14,658 nt of DNA, taken from the NCBI GenBank assembly GCA_016839515.1, contig JAEOUE010000153.1:1-14658 (forward strand), in the 5' to 3' direction. Below are positions 1 to 8,364 of the stretch, piece by piece. The first letter of the stretch is position 1. Each line of letters opens with the position of its first letter. The stretch is from Candidatus Hodarchaeum mangrovi (lineage in GTDB: Archaea > Asgardarchaeota > Heimdallarchaeia > Hodarchaeales > Hodarchaeaceae). The notes under the pieces are model-generated. The model did not search any database and was not told the DNA's origin. It was given only the letters and a program-made list of their open reading frames with translations. Made by a program: the position numbers and the translations under genes.

Positions 1-1
1 A

Positions 2-928
2 TCGAATCAACCTCCAAGAAGATATCTTTGGACTGATGCATTCGCAGTCTGCAATTTTTTAGGATTGTACAAACGGAATAGAGAGAAAAATTTTAAAGAT
101 TTAGCTGAAAAGCTAGTTGATGAAGTTCATAGAATATTAGGTCAGCATAGAAAAGATGATGAGAGATCAGGGTGGTTGGGAAGCAAAGATCATCCTACAA
201 AAAACGGATTAAGAATTGGTAAAAACTTGAATGAGAGGAAACCCCATGAACCCTATAATCCTAATCTTGAATGGGACCGGGATGGCCAATATTTTCATTA
301 TTTAACAAAATGGATGCATGCTCTAACTAAAATGTACCATATCTTTAAAGAAGAAAAATACCTCACTTGGGCTGTGGATCTAGCTAAGGCTTCAACAGCC
401 TTTTTTACTAATGATAGAATGTATTGGAAAATGAGTATTGATCTTTCTTATCCTCTCGTTCCTTCGATGGGTCAACACGATCCTATTGATGGTTATGTTA
501 CTTTTAAAGAATTACAAGCATTTACTTCTGTTAATTTAGAGGAAGAATTACAGAAACTAGAGAAATTAATCTATCAAGTTAATCTTATAACAATAGATCC
601 TTTAGGGATCGGAGGATTATTATTTGATGCCTATAGACTTAAACAATTAGACATAGAGGCCAAAAAAAGACTTGAACTCATTAATGCAGCTCAAAAAGGC
701 CTTGAATATTGTCAATTATCCCACGATTTAGCATTTAGAGAACTTGGTTTGGCAATAGGATTACAGGCTGCTAAAGAAATGTTTGTTCTAGAAAAATATT
801 GGTCTTTAATAGATGAAATTAATAAGTATTGGATTCGTCATTGTGATTGGATTGAACATACAGATATTAACAGAGTGATGTTAGCAACTAGTTTAGCACC
901 TGATGGTTTTCTCTCGATTTCTAAATAA
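2..928 (+). CDS. Conserved hypothetical protein, RYLWTDAF / DGQYFHYLTKW family (probable alpha-helical toroid, six-hairpin-glycosidase-like); 5'-truncated by the window edge
   Basis: The frame is open from position 2 (SNQPPRRYLWTDAFAVCNFLGLYKR), so the TTG at 65 is not the true start. It contains motif-like blocks RYLWTDAF, GLRIGK, DGQYFHYLTKWMHAL, MYWKMSIDLS-PLVPSMGQHDP-DG, LAFRELGLAIG and H-DIN-VMLATSL-P-GF. The fold assignment is inference. Confidence 0.8.
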   Translation, partial: SNQPPRRYLWTDAFAVCNFLGLYKRNREKNFKDLAEKLVDEVHRILGQHRKDDERSGWLGSKDHPTKNGLRIGKNLNERKPHEPYNPNLEWDRDGQYFHYLTKWMHALTKMYHIFKEEKYLTWAVDLAKASTAFFTNDRMYWKMSIDLSYPLVPSMGQHDPIDGYVTFKELQAFTSVNLEEELQKLEKLIYQVNLITIDPLGIGGLLFDAYRLKQLDIEAKKRLELINAAQKGLEYCQLSHDLAFRELGLAIGLQAAKEMFVLEKYWSLIDEINKYWIRHCDWIEHTDINRVMLATSLAPDGFLSISK

Positions 929-936
929 TTTTTTTC
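929..936 (+). terminator. T-tract terminator candidate between convergent genes
   Basis: A T-run directly follows the TAA at 926-928, in the 45-bp gap between two convergent CDSs. Confidence 0.35.
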
Positions 937-973
937 AAATCTAGTTTAATTACGTGAAACACTCCTTCATTAT

Positions 974-2797
974 TTATTTCTTTAAAGTTATTCTTTTTTT
1001 ACGGAGAAATATACTAAAAACAATCATAAGAAGTATTAATTTAAATGAGAGAAATGGGGATAGATGGGGTGTTGTTGAAATAGATGTTGAGTCTGATATT
1101 GTTTGTGTTGTTGTTGGTTGCGTGGTTGATTCTTGTTTATCATATACCAATTTGTAGATCTGTCCAGAATGGGTACAGATTAATTCTTGATCTTCATTCT
1201 CAAAAACACCATCATTATCTATACCAACATTATTTTCTGCAAGGATAGACGGTACCTCCCCTGAAAGAGGCCATACTTGTAAATCATCATTTCGACTAAC
1301 AATAATACCATTTTCTATTGATGAATATCCTAGATGAGGCTGTACCGTATAAGCTGCTTCAATAAAATTAGTAAAGAGTATTTCTTTAGTATTTAGTCCA
1401 TCAGGAATTTTGTAAAGGATATTGGAAATACGTTCAAGAAGATAAATATTACCATTGTAATCAATAGTAAATGAAGTCCTAGTAGCATTTAAGAATTCGG
1501 TAATCATCTGGTAATTCATAGGATTTTCAATGGGTATTTTCCAGATCTGAGTGTCTGTTGTACTCGAAAAAACCTCTACACTTATAATTAAAGCATGATG
1601 CTTTTGATCATATTTCATTCCATTGAAAAATCCATTAATTCCTCCAGAAAACCATGGTAGATATGATCCATCAAATTCTAACTTATAGAGAGCTATTGTA
1701 TCGTTCAGTATTCCAAAAAAGATTTTATTTTGACTTGTTAAAATCATACTTTCACATTTTCCAGGTAATTGAGCAAATACTGGTAATTCCACTCCAATTA
1801 GTTCATAAATCTTATTCTCTATACCAATGAATAATCTTCCTTCATTGGTTTCAATGATGGATCGGGTATTAACTGTTGGGGTTAATAATTCCGCTTCTGT
1901 TTTTTTGGGGTCATATTTAACTATACATGCTCCCGCTCCTGCAGCACACAATATGGATTGCTGAGAATCAGACCAAAATATTGGGCCAATGCCAAACTTA
2001 CTACCCATAACTGGAACGAAACCTCCCTGATCATATTTATTTAATCCTAAATTATTACCTTCAGCAGTATAATAATAAACAGTTCCAATAGTATCTACAG
2101 CTAATCCTATTCCTTCTCCTGTACCTGGTATTCCAATGTTTCCGACTAATACTGTTGTTTTATTGGTTACCAAATTTAATGCCATTACTTGCCCACTATA
2201 GGTTTCTGTATAATATAATACAGTGTTATTTGGGTGAAGTGCAATCTGAGAACATCCTTGAACTTCAGTTACAACTGATCCAAAGGGATGACCTGTTGCA
2301 TTAAAATGATAAATAATTGAGTTATTCTTTAGGGATCCTGTATAAATTGAATCATCTGAGTTATCTATAGTAAAAGTAGAGAATTCGATTCCCGATGAAT
2401 ATGTCTTAATTTGCTGAAAAGTCCCCTCATTGAGTTCATAAAGACAATTTTCTCCAATAGCAATGACTTTATCACGATTTAGTTGATAGTTGATCGCATC
2501 TAAGTCGTAATTCCCTGTTGTAGCAAAATATGCAGTTGATCCATCGATATTTAATGTAAGAATTTCACTAGCTGCTTTATCTAGTATCAAGACTTCAGCT
2601 GAGGTTTCACAGATTGAAATAGGGCCTAAAGGACTGGTTTGATAAAGAGTTTCCCCTTGCCATCCTTCTTTGAGGTTTTTTACCGCAGGAGTATAATTAT
2701 TAGTGACAATTAACGGAAACCCAGATATTAGAAATCCGCTAATGATTGCAAATTGAAAAAATACGATGAATATTGTAGCAATTTGATAATTTTTCAT
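974..2797 (-). CDS. Secreted, C-terminally membrane-anchored beta-propeller protein (NHL / SMP-30-like blades, probably two propellers)
   Basis: N-terminal hydrophobic signal (MKNYQIATIFIVFFQFAII). Repeated blade-like motifs (FTIDNSDDSIYTG, IALHPNNTVLYYTE, LAVDTIGTVYYY, FTIDYNGNIYLL). Ser/Thr-rich stalk, then SPF, a TM helix and a basic tail (RKKRITLKK). Several N-X-S/T sequons. Confidence 0.75.
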   Translation of the reverse strand: MKNYQIATIFIVFFQFAIISGFLISGFPLIVTNNYTPAVKNLKEGWQGETLYQTSPLGPISICETSAEVLILDKAASEILTLNIDGSTAYFATTGNYDLDAINYQLNRDKVIAIGENCLYELNEGTFQQIKTYSSGIEFSTFTIDNSDDSIYTGSLKNNSIIYHFNATGHPFGSVVTEVQGCSQIALHPNNTVLYYTETYSGQVMALNLVTNKTTVLVGNIGIPGTGEGIGLAVDTIGTVYYYTAEGNNLGLNKYDQGGFVPVMGSKFGIGPIFWSDSQQSILCAAGAGACIVKYDPKKTEAELLTPTVNTRSIIETNEGRLFIGIENKIYELIGVELPVFAQLPGKCESMILTSQNKIFFGILNDTIALYKLEFDGSYLPWFSGGINGFFNGMKYDQKHHALIISVEVFSSTTDTQIWKIPIENPMNYQMITEFLNATRTSFTIDYNGNIYLLERISNILYKIPDGLNTKEILFTNFIEAAYTVQPHLGYSSIENGIIVSRNDDLQVWPLSGEVPSILAENNVGIDNDGVFENEDQELICTHSGQIYKLVYDKQESTTQPTTTQTISDSTSISTTPHLSPFLSFKLILLMIVFSIFLRKKRITLKK

Positions 2798-2801
2798 ATC
2801 T

Positions 2802-2835
2802 CAATTATAATTGTTGATCACTTTTTAAATTCTTC
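2802..2835 (-). promoter_or_regulatory. Putative BRE/TATA promoter with palindromic operator for the beta-propeller gene
   Basis: On the minus strand, GAAGAA is followed by TTTAAAAA (2829-2822), about 25 nt before the ATG at 2797. A perfect 12-bp palindrome CAATTATAATTG (2802-2813) lies between the TATA and the start. Confidence 0.45.
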
Positions 2836-2966
2836 ATTATAAAAAAGGAAATTAAAATAACTTCATCATTTTTCAATACATCATTGTTATTCTTTAACTG
2901 AACTAAGGATGATTTGAATTCAGGAAGTCTCATTGATTCATTTAAGAGGTTCTTTTATGTGTTAAT

Positions 2967-4700
2967 TTATTTTTTTTGAGCAGTTTTTTTCCATTCCTGA
3001 TCTCGAAGTTCTCGATGAAGAACCTTTCCAATAGCACTTTTTGGTAACTCATCAATGAATTCAACATGCCTAGGAATCTTGAATCTAGCTATTCGGCCTT
3101 TTAGAAATTCAATTAATTCTTCTTCCGAAGCTGTTTCGTTATCTCGTAGTACAACAAAGGCTTTGACTGTTTCTCCCCGAATCGGGTGAGGAATTCCGAC
3201 TATTGCAACTTCTTGAACAGCTGGATGTTCGACTAGCTCTTCTTCGACTTCTCTTGGATATACCTTTAGACCACTTACATCAATCATATCTTTTTTGCGA
3301 CCAGTAATAAAGAAATACCCATCAGGATCGATATAGCCAATATCTCCTGTTAAAAAATATCCTTCCTTATTGAAGACATTTTTTGTTTCATCTGGTTTTT
3401 TCCAATAGCCTTTCATCACTTGTGGGCCTTTTATTCCGATCTCCCCTTCTTCCCCTTGAGGTAGCTCCCGATCCTTTCCTCCTTCAGCGGAATCAAAGAT
3501 TTTTACATCTGTGTCAGGAGTTGGGAGTCCAATACTTCCTGCTCTTTTTCCACCACCTGTTAACGGATTTACATGGGTAACAGGGGATGTTTCTGTTAAT
3601 CCATAACCTTCCACTACATTTGCTCCTGTTAATTCTTCGAAATTATACATGACTTGCTCTGGTAGGGGAGCTGCTCCCGAGAGACAAGCCCTGATTGAAG
3701 TCAAATCATAATCTTTTATGTCTTTATGAAAGAGAAGACCAACGTACAATGATGGGACCGCGTGGAAAAAAGTGGGTTTGTATTTTGAAAGAGTTTCTAA
3801 AAGATCCTGCAATAATGGCCTCCCAGCAAGTGGATCAGTTATTAGAATCATTTTTGAAGCCTGACTGATTGCTGAGATCATAATACAGTTCAATGCAAAG
3901 ATATGGAAAAGTGGAAGAGCACAAACATAACATTCTTCCCCATGATTTATTGGCGGATAAATTAAACTCGATAATTGGATTTGATTGCTCACAATATTGT
4001 AATGTGAAAGCATTGCTCCCTTAGATATTCCCGTTGTTCCTCCAGTATATTGTATTAAGGCCAAATCTTCTTTAGGATTTATTTCAACATTTGGTACGGC
4101 ATTTGGATCCCCTTTTTCAATTAATTCCTTAAAAGAATGATCATCTGAATATATTCTTCTTCTGAAGGGTATTTTTCTAAATAATATACCCAAAACTCGT
4201 TTGGATAATGAAATTTCATCATGTAGACTGGTAACAACTATATTGTCGAGCTCTGCCATGTTTTTATCGCGAATTTTACGAACTCGTTTATAGGTAATAT
4301 CAATACATATGATCGATCTTGCTCCAGAATCAGTCAGTTGATATACTAATTCGTGGTCAACGTATTGAGTATTAAATGGCACAATAGTTGCTCCTAATCG
4401 GTTAATAGCAAAGAAAGCAATAACAAACTGTGGACAATTTGGTAAATAAATACCAATTCTATCTCCTTTTTTTATCCCTAAATTATGATGAAGAGAATAT
4501 GCTAGACGTAATACCTTGTTCCACAGCTCCCCATATTTCATTTTTTTATCAAAAAAAATGGTAGCGACATTATCAGGATTAGTTTCAGCAGATTCTTGAA
4601 GAAACTTATAGATAGGAAAATCTTCAGGATATTCAAGAGTTTTTGGTATTTCCTCAGGCCAAAGTTTAAACCATGGTTTTAGTAGCTGTTCCATTTCCAT
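2967..4700 (-). CDS. fadD: Long-chain fatty acid--CoA ligase (AMP-binding, FadD/LcfA-like)
   Basis: Adenylate-forming motifs QYTGGTTGISKG, EGYGLTE, TGDIG, GRKKDMI, GLKVYPREVEE and LPKSAIGK. The N-terminus KPWFKLWPEEIP and the 577-aa length are typical of FadD-type enzymes. Confidence 0.9.
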   Translation of the reverse strand: MEMEQLLKPWFKLWPEEIPKTLEYPEDFPIYKFLQESAETNPDNVATIFFDKKMKYGELWNKVLRLAYSLHHNLGIKKGDRIGIYLPNCPQFVIAFFAINRLGATIVPFNTQYVDHELVYQLTDSGARSIICIDITYKRVRKIRDKNMAELDNIVVTSLHDEISLSKRVLGILFRKIPFRRRIYSDDHSFKELIEKGDPNAVPNVEINPKEDLALIQYTGGTTGISKGAMLSHYNIVSNQIQLSSLIYPPINHGEECYVCALPLFHIFALNCIMISAISQASKMILITDPLAGRPLLQDLLETLSKYKPTFFHAVPSLYVGLLFHKDIKDYDLTSIRACLSGAAPLPEQVMYNFEELTGANVVEGYGLTETSPVTHVNPLTGGGKRAGSIGLPTPDTDVKIFDSAEGGKDRELPQGEEGEIGIKGPQVMKGYWKKPDETKNVFNKEGYFLTGDIGYIDPDGYFFITGRKKDMIDVSGLKVYPREVEEELVEHPAVQEVAIVGIPHPIRGETVKAFVVLRDNETASEEELIEFLKGRIARFKIPRHVEFIDELPKSAIGKVLHRELRDQEWKKTAQKK

Positions 4701-4710
4701 TTTATCTGTT

Positions 4711-4760
4711 TCACCTTAAATTAGTATGATTATCGCAAAAAGGACATTTTAACCTTTTTA
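4711..4760 (-). promoter_or_regulatory. Archaeal promoter (BRE-TATA) and Shine-Dalgarno for the acyl-CoA ligase
   Basis: Minus strand AAAAGG-TTAAAA (4758-4747) and AGGTGA (4716-4711), 10 nt upstream of the ATG at 4700. Confidence 0.55.
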
Positions 4761-4911
4761 ATAAAATTTTATTGCTTTTAATTTTTATGATAGTTAAACT
4801 TTTTTATCTTATTTTTGAGTTTATTGATTTTTCGAAGAGGTGAAAAATAGTCTAGCCATTAATTTAGTCTTGAATTATAATTACTTTTCGAATATATCAA
4901 AGGTAAATTTC

Positions 4912-5022
4912 AATCGAAATGTTAAAAAAGGAATTATTAGTTTTTGTTGCAGGTACTCCCAAGGAAATTCTATGTTTATTAATAATAAAACAGAATTGTA
5001 TTTCTATCAATTGATGAGGATG
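4912..5022 (+). promoter_or_regulatory. Putative promoter and RBS of the ABC operon
   Basis: CGAAAT-G-TTAAAAA (about 4915-4928) resembles BRE+TATA. GAGGATG (about 5016-5022) precedes the ATG at 5032. An alternative TATA-like TTTATTAA lies near 4975. Confidence 0.35.
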
Positions 5023-5031
5023 TAAAATAAA

Positions 5032-6681
5032 ATGAAGAAGAAAAATTCTTTAATTCTCCTTTTTCTTAGCTTTACCCTAGTTTTTACTTATATGTCTAGT
5101 ACAGGTACAGTAGATATTCAACAAGTCAGACCTTTCATTAAAATCGGTGGACTTGGTCCACTATCAATTACACCTGGTAATGATATGAAAAATGGATTAG
5201 AAATGGCCGTTGCAGAAATTAATGATGGAGACGGCGTAATGGTTGGTGGTGTTGCACACGACTTTGAATTAGTAATTAAAACTAGTTCTGGAGATCTCGG
5301 TATACCCGATCCAACTGTTGGTGTCACAGCTGCATTCGAGCTTATAGATAGTGAAGAGGTTGTAGCTATCATTGGTGGATTTCGTACTGAAGTGGTCTTA
5401 GGAATCCAAATGTCTCCTACAGTCGCTTTAGACAGACCATTCTTAGGTATTGGAGCATCAGCTCCCATTGTTTCACCCCATTTCTGGAGAATCGGTCCTA
5501 GTAACGTTAGCGGACTCGCACGTAATATTATTGATATGTATGCTTATGGTTTAATTCCGGACCTAGGTGTACGCAATATTACTATCATTCGTGAATCTGC
5601 AGCGTGGACTTTGTCCATGGCACTTGGTATTAAACAAGCTTGTACAGGTTTAGCTGCAGCAGGTGTCTATGGTCCTGGTGTTAAGATAAACTTTACTAAT
5701 GATATTGTAATTCCAGTAACAGATCAACTAGATGATGTAACCACAGCTATGGCTGGACTCACTGCAGCTACTTATCAAGGTTTTAACGTCAATGCTCTCT
5801 GCACTATCTTTTCTGGTCCTGTAGGTGGATATATCCCCCAAGCTTGGGCTGCTCATGATTTACCAATGATTTTAGCTGGAATTAATGTCGAATCTCAAGT
5901 GAGTACCTTCTTTGACGAGACTGAAGGAGCATGTTATGGCGAAATGGAACTTGAAACATGTCCTCCTGATGTTGACCCTACTCCGAAAACAGCACAGTTC
6001 AGAACTGATTATTTTGACTTATACGATGAAATGCCCACTTACACTGCATTCGCGAGTTATGATGCTGTGATGGTTCTAAAGGCTGCTATCGAAGCTGCTG
6101 ACTCTTTTGTTCCTGCAGACATTGAGGCTGCTTTATTAAACATTGAGCATGTAGGAACTGCCTATACTATTAAATTTACAAATGAAGATGGTCCTCATTG
6201 GACTGTAGCGGAAAATACAACAACAGGTTTACCATATTATGTTCCCATTCTAGTAAATGCAACGTATCCAGATGGTGTACCGATTGGTGCGTTTAAAGTA
6301 CACGATCTTTACACAAATGGATCATATGGGGTAGATGGACGACCCCATAATATCGGTTATTGGGCTCAATGGCAACAAGGTGGTGTTAAAAAGACTGTTT
6401 GGCATCTTGGTGATCCAAAAGGATTTAATGATAAATATTCTCCAATGGATGCACAAAGAAATATTACTTTAGGAAATCTTGTATGGCCTATTAATCATGC
6501 AGACCATGGATGGGTACCTGAAACAACCACCACGACTACTACAGGCACAGGAACTGCAACAACTACCACTACTACAACTGAAGAGTCAGTTGAAATACCA
6601 GGATTTGGTATACAAATATCTTTATTTGGGATATTTGCATTAATACTGGTATTTTATAGACAGAAACAAAAGAAACGTTAA
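5032..6681 (+). CDS. livK: HAAT/Liv-family ABC transporter substrate-binding protein (type I PBP) with Thr-rich linker and PGF-CTERM-type anchor
   Basis: Signal peptide. IKIGGLGPLS, GLEMAVAEINDGDGV, VVAIIGGFRTEV, YDAVMVLKAAIEAA and QWQQG motifs of Peripla_BP_6-type proteins. The C-terminus is a poly-Thr linker, IPGF, a TM helix and RQKQKKR. The gene lies directly upstream of livHMGF-like genes. The substrate is not necessarily a branched-chain amino acid. Confidence 0.88.
   Translation: MKKKNSLILLFLSFTLVFTYMSSTGTVDIQQVRPFIKIGGLGPLSITPGNDMKNGLEMAVAEINDGDGVMVGGVAHDFELVIKTSSGDLGIPDPTVGVTAAFELIDSEEVVAIIGGFRTEVVLGIQMSPTVALDRPFLGIGASAPIVSPHFWRIGPSNVSGLARNIIDMYAYGLIPDLGVRNITIIRESAAWTLSMALGIKQACTGLAAAGVYGPGVKINFTNDIVIPVTDQLDDVTTAMAGLTAATYQGFNVNALCTIFSGPVGGYIPQAWAAHDLPMILAGINVESQVSTFFDETEGACYGEMELETCPPDVDPTPKTAQFRTDYFDLYDEMPTYTAFASYDAVMVLKAAIEAADSFVPADIEAALLNIEHVGTAYTIKFTNEDGPHWTVAENTTTGLPYYVPILVNATYPDGVPIGAFKVHDLYTNGSYGVDGRPHNIGYWAQWQQGGVKKTVWHLGDPKGFNDKYSPMDAQRNITLGNLVWPINHADHGWVPETTTTTTTGTGTATTTTTTTEESVEIPGFGIQISLFGIFALILVFYRQKQKKR
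6523..6579 (+). repeat. Low-complexity ACN-codon run encoding the Thr-rich linker
   Basis: TTTTTTTGTGTATTTTTTT encoded with mixed ACA/ACC/ACG/ACT codons. Confidence 0.7.
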
Positions 6682-6716
6682 TTAAACGTTTTCTTTTTCT
6701 CCTCTTTCCTTTTTTT
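6668..6716 (+). terminator. Hairpin plus pyrimidine/T tract after the binding-protein gene
   Basis: AAAAGAAACGTT-aatta-AACGTTTTCTTTT (one bulge) overlaps the stop codon and is followed by TCTCCTCTTTCCTTTTTTT. Confidence 0.55.
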
Positions 6717-6894
6717 ATTGTTTGGAATAATAATAAACTCTTTAATAATATCGATTGTGTAATTATGTTCAGAAAAATTCATAAATATAACCTAAAGTGT
6801 CACTCCAGCTCTTAAAGAGAAGTTTAATGCTTTTTACTTAAGTTAATACCTTGTCATGGATTACGATGTGATTGAATAAAACAGGAGAGTTCCT

Positions 6895-8364
6895 ATGAAA
6901 AATATTTCTAAATCTAAAATTAATGAAATAGTACAAGAAGAATTCTGGCTTCTTTTTGGTTTATGTATACTCTTTATTTTTTATATAATACTTCCGTTTA
7001 TACTAAATCTTCACGAACCTGCTATTGGATTACAGATAGTGTTAAATGGCGTTGTTGTTAGTGTTCTCTATGCAATCCTAGCGATGGGTTTTTCTTTAAT
7101 TTATGGTATCGCTAAACAGCTTAAGCTTTCACTTGGGGGATATTATGTTATAGCTGCTTATGCAATGTACTTCTTACTTGAAACTAGAAAAATTACTCCG
7201 GGAACTTTTCCTTATATCACAATTTCAGCTACTACTATAAATACAGATGGATTATTTTTATTAGCATTAATCCTTCTTCCAATAATTCTCATGATTATCA
7301 TTTTATTTATTTTTAATGGTGTATTTCAAAAAAGTCATTTTATATTACTGTTATCTTCTCCAATATTTTCTGGAGGAGGGTATATATTTATTGAGGTTTT
7401 CCTAAAAGGTGAATTACTGGCAAATATTATTGTAGAAGGATTATATATTGGATTAGCAGTTCTTTCAGTAGGTTTTGCAGCTTGGTATTTAGAACTCCCA
7501 AAACGTGAGATTGCAATTGGTGCTGCCATCTTTGGAATATCTTTACCAATTTTAATGTACTTAATCTATTTGCCTGTCGTTTATATTGCAATGATGATTG
7601 TTGCGGTAATGTTTACAGCCTGTATTGCTATGATATCAGATCGTTATTTATTAGATCGATTTAGAACTTCCCATGTCAATGTGATGATTGTTACATTTGC
7701 TATAGCACTTTTTGTGCAAAATTTTATTCAAATAGTCTATTTTCCTTATAATGGGATACAATTACTTCCTTTTGGACCAGAAGATCGTACACTTCGTGGA
7801 ATTGTTCCATTAAGTGGTATGCTTGTACTAAATCTAGAAGCTTTCGGTTGGGGAAAAGCTCGTATATCGTATCTTAGAATAATTTCAATGGTATTTTCTA
7901 TTGCTGCTCTTATATTATTATACGCTTTTATCTGGTTTACAAAAATGGGCAAGGCTTTGAGAGCTGTTTCTCAGGATGAAGATGCTGCTGCTCTTACTGG
8001 AATAAATATTAGAAAAATAACAGCAATAGTTAGCGGTGTTGGAATGGGTTTAATTGGATTTGCTGCTGTTTTGACATCCCCATTTAGTGCAGCTCCTCAA
8101 TGGAGCCCATATATGGGATGGTGGGTGTTAATTACATGTATTGCAGTTGTGACACTAGGAGGTATGGGAAGTCTCCCTGGTAGTGTCATTGCAGCCTTCG
8201 TAATAGGTTTTGCTCAAACTATTACTAGTAGCATAACTACTGTAGTTCCTTTTCTCAATGTTCCATTTAATAATTTCTCTGATGTTATTCCATTCGCTGC
8301 AATCTTATTAGTTCTAATTTTCAAACCAGAAGGATTATTCGGAACTAAGGAGGAATTAGAATAA
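6895..8364 (+). CDS. livH: HAAT/Liv-family ABC permease, LivH-like, enlarged (489 aa)
   Basis: NG....LYAILAMGFSLIYG start motif, TKMGKALRAVSQDEDAAALTGIN (EAA-like loop), VVTLGGMGSLPG and FKPEGLFG end motif. AGGAG RBS near 6883. Confidence 0.88.
   Translation: MKNISKSKINEIVQEEFWLLFGLCILFIFYIILPFILNLHEPAIGLQIVLNGVVVSVLYAILAMGFSLIYGIAKQLKLSLGGYYVIAAYAMYFLLETRKITPGTFPYITISATTINTDGLFLLALILLPIILMIIILFIFNGVFQKSHFILLLSSPIFSGGGYIFIEVFLKGELLANIIVEGLYIGLAVLSVGFAAWYLELPKREIAIGAAIFGISLPILMYLIYLPVVYIAMMIVAVMFTACIAMISDRYLLDRFRTSHVNVMIVTFAIALFVQNFIQIVYFPYNGIQLLPFGPEDRTLRGIVPLSGMLVLNLEAFGWGKARISYLRIISMVFSIAALILLYAFIWFTKMGKALRAVSQDEDAAALTGINIRKITAIVSGVGMGLIGFAAVLTSPFSAAPQWSPYMGWWVLITCIAVVTLGGMGSLPGSVIAAFVIGFAQTITSSITTVVPFLNVPFNNFSDVIPFAAILLVLIFKPEGLFGTKEELE

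Noticed and set aside
954-1157. 67-aa + strand ORF
   Set aside because: Antisense shadow of the propeller's Thr-rich tail; Val-rich only because it mirrors ACN codons.
2860-2925. Box C/D sRNA (ATGATGA and CTGA on the minus strand)
   Set aside because: The boxes are in the wrong order (D before C) and there is no terminal stem or downstream D box at a suitable distance.
3383-3580. 65-aa + strand ORF
   Set aside because: Antisense within the well-supported acyl-CoA ligase.
4840-5025. 61-aa ORF in the divergent intergenic region, and the perfect SD-like GAGGTGA at 4837-4843
   Set aside because: The GTG is part of the SD-like motif itself, no start codon follows at a suitable spacing, the composition is Asn/Phe/Ile-rich as expected from AT-rich noise, and it overlaps promoter-like elements.
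5118-5468. 116-aa minus-strand ORF (likewise 7335-7529, 7746-7952, 11212-11442)
   Set aside because: Antisense to strongly supported ABC transporter genes and without motifs.
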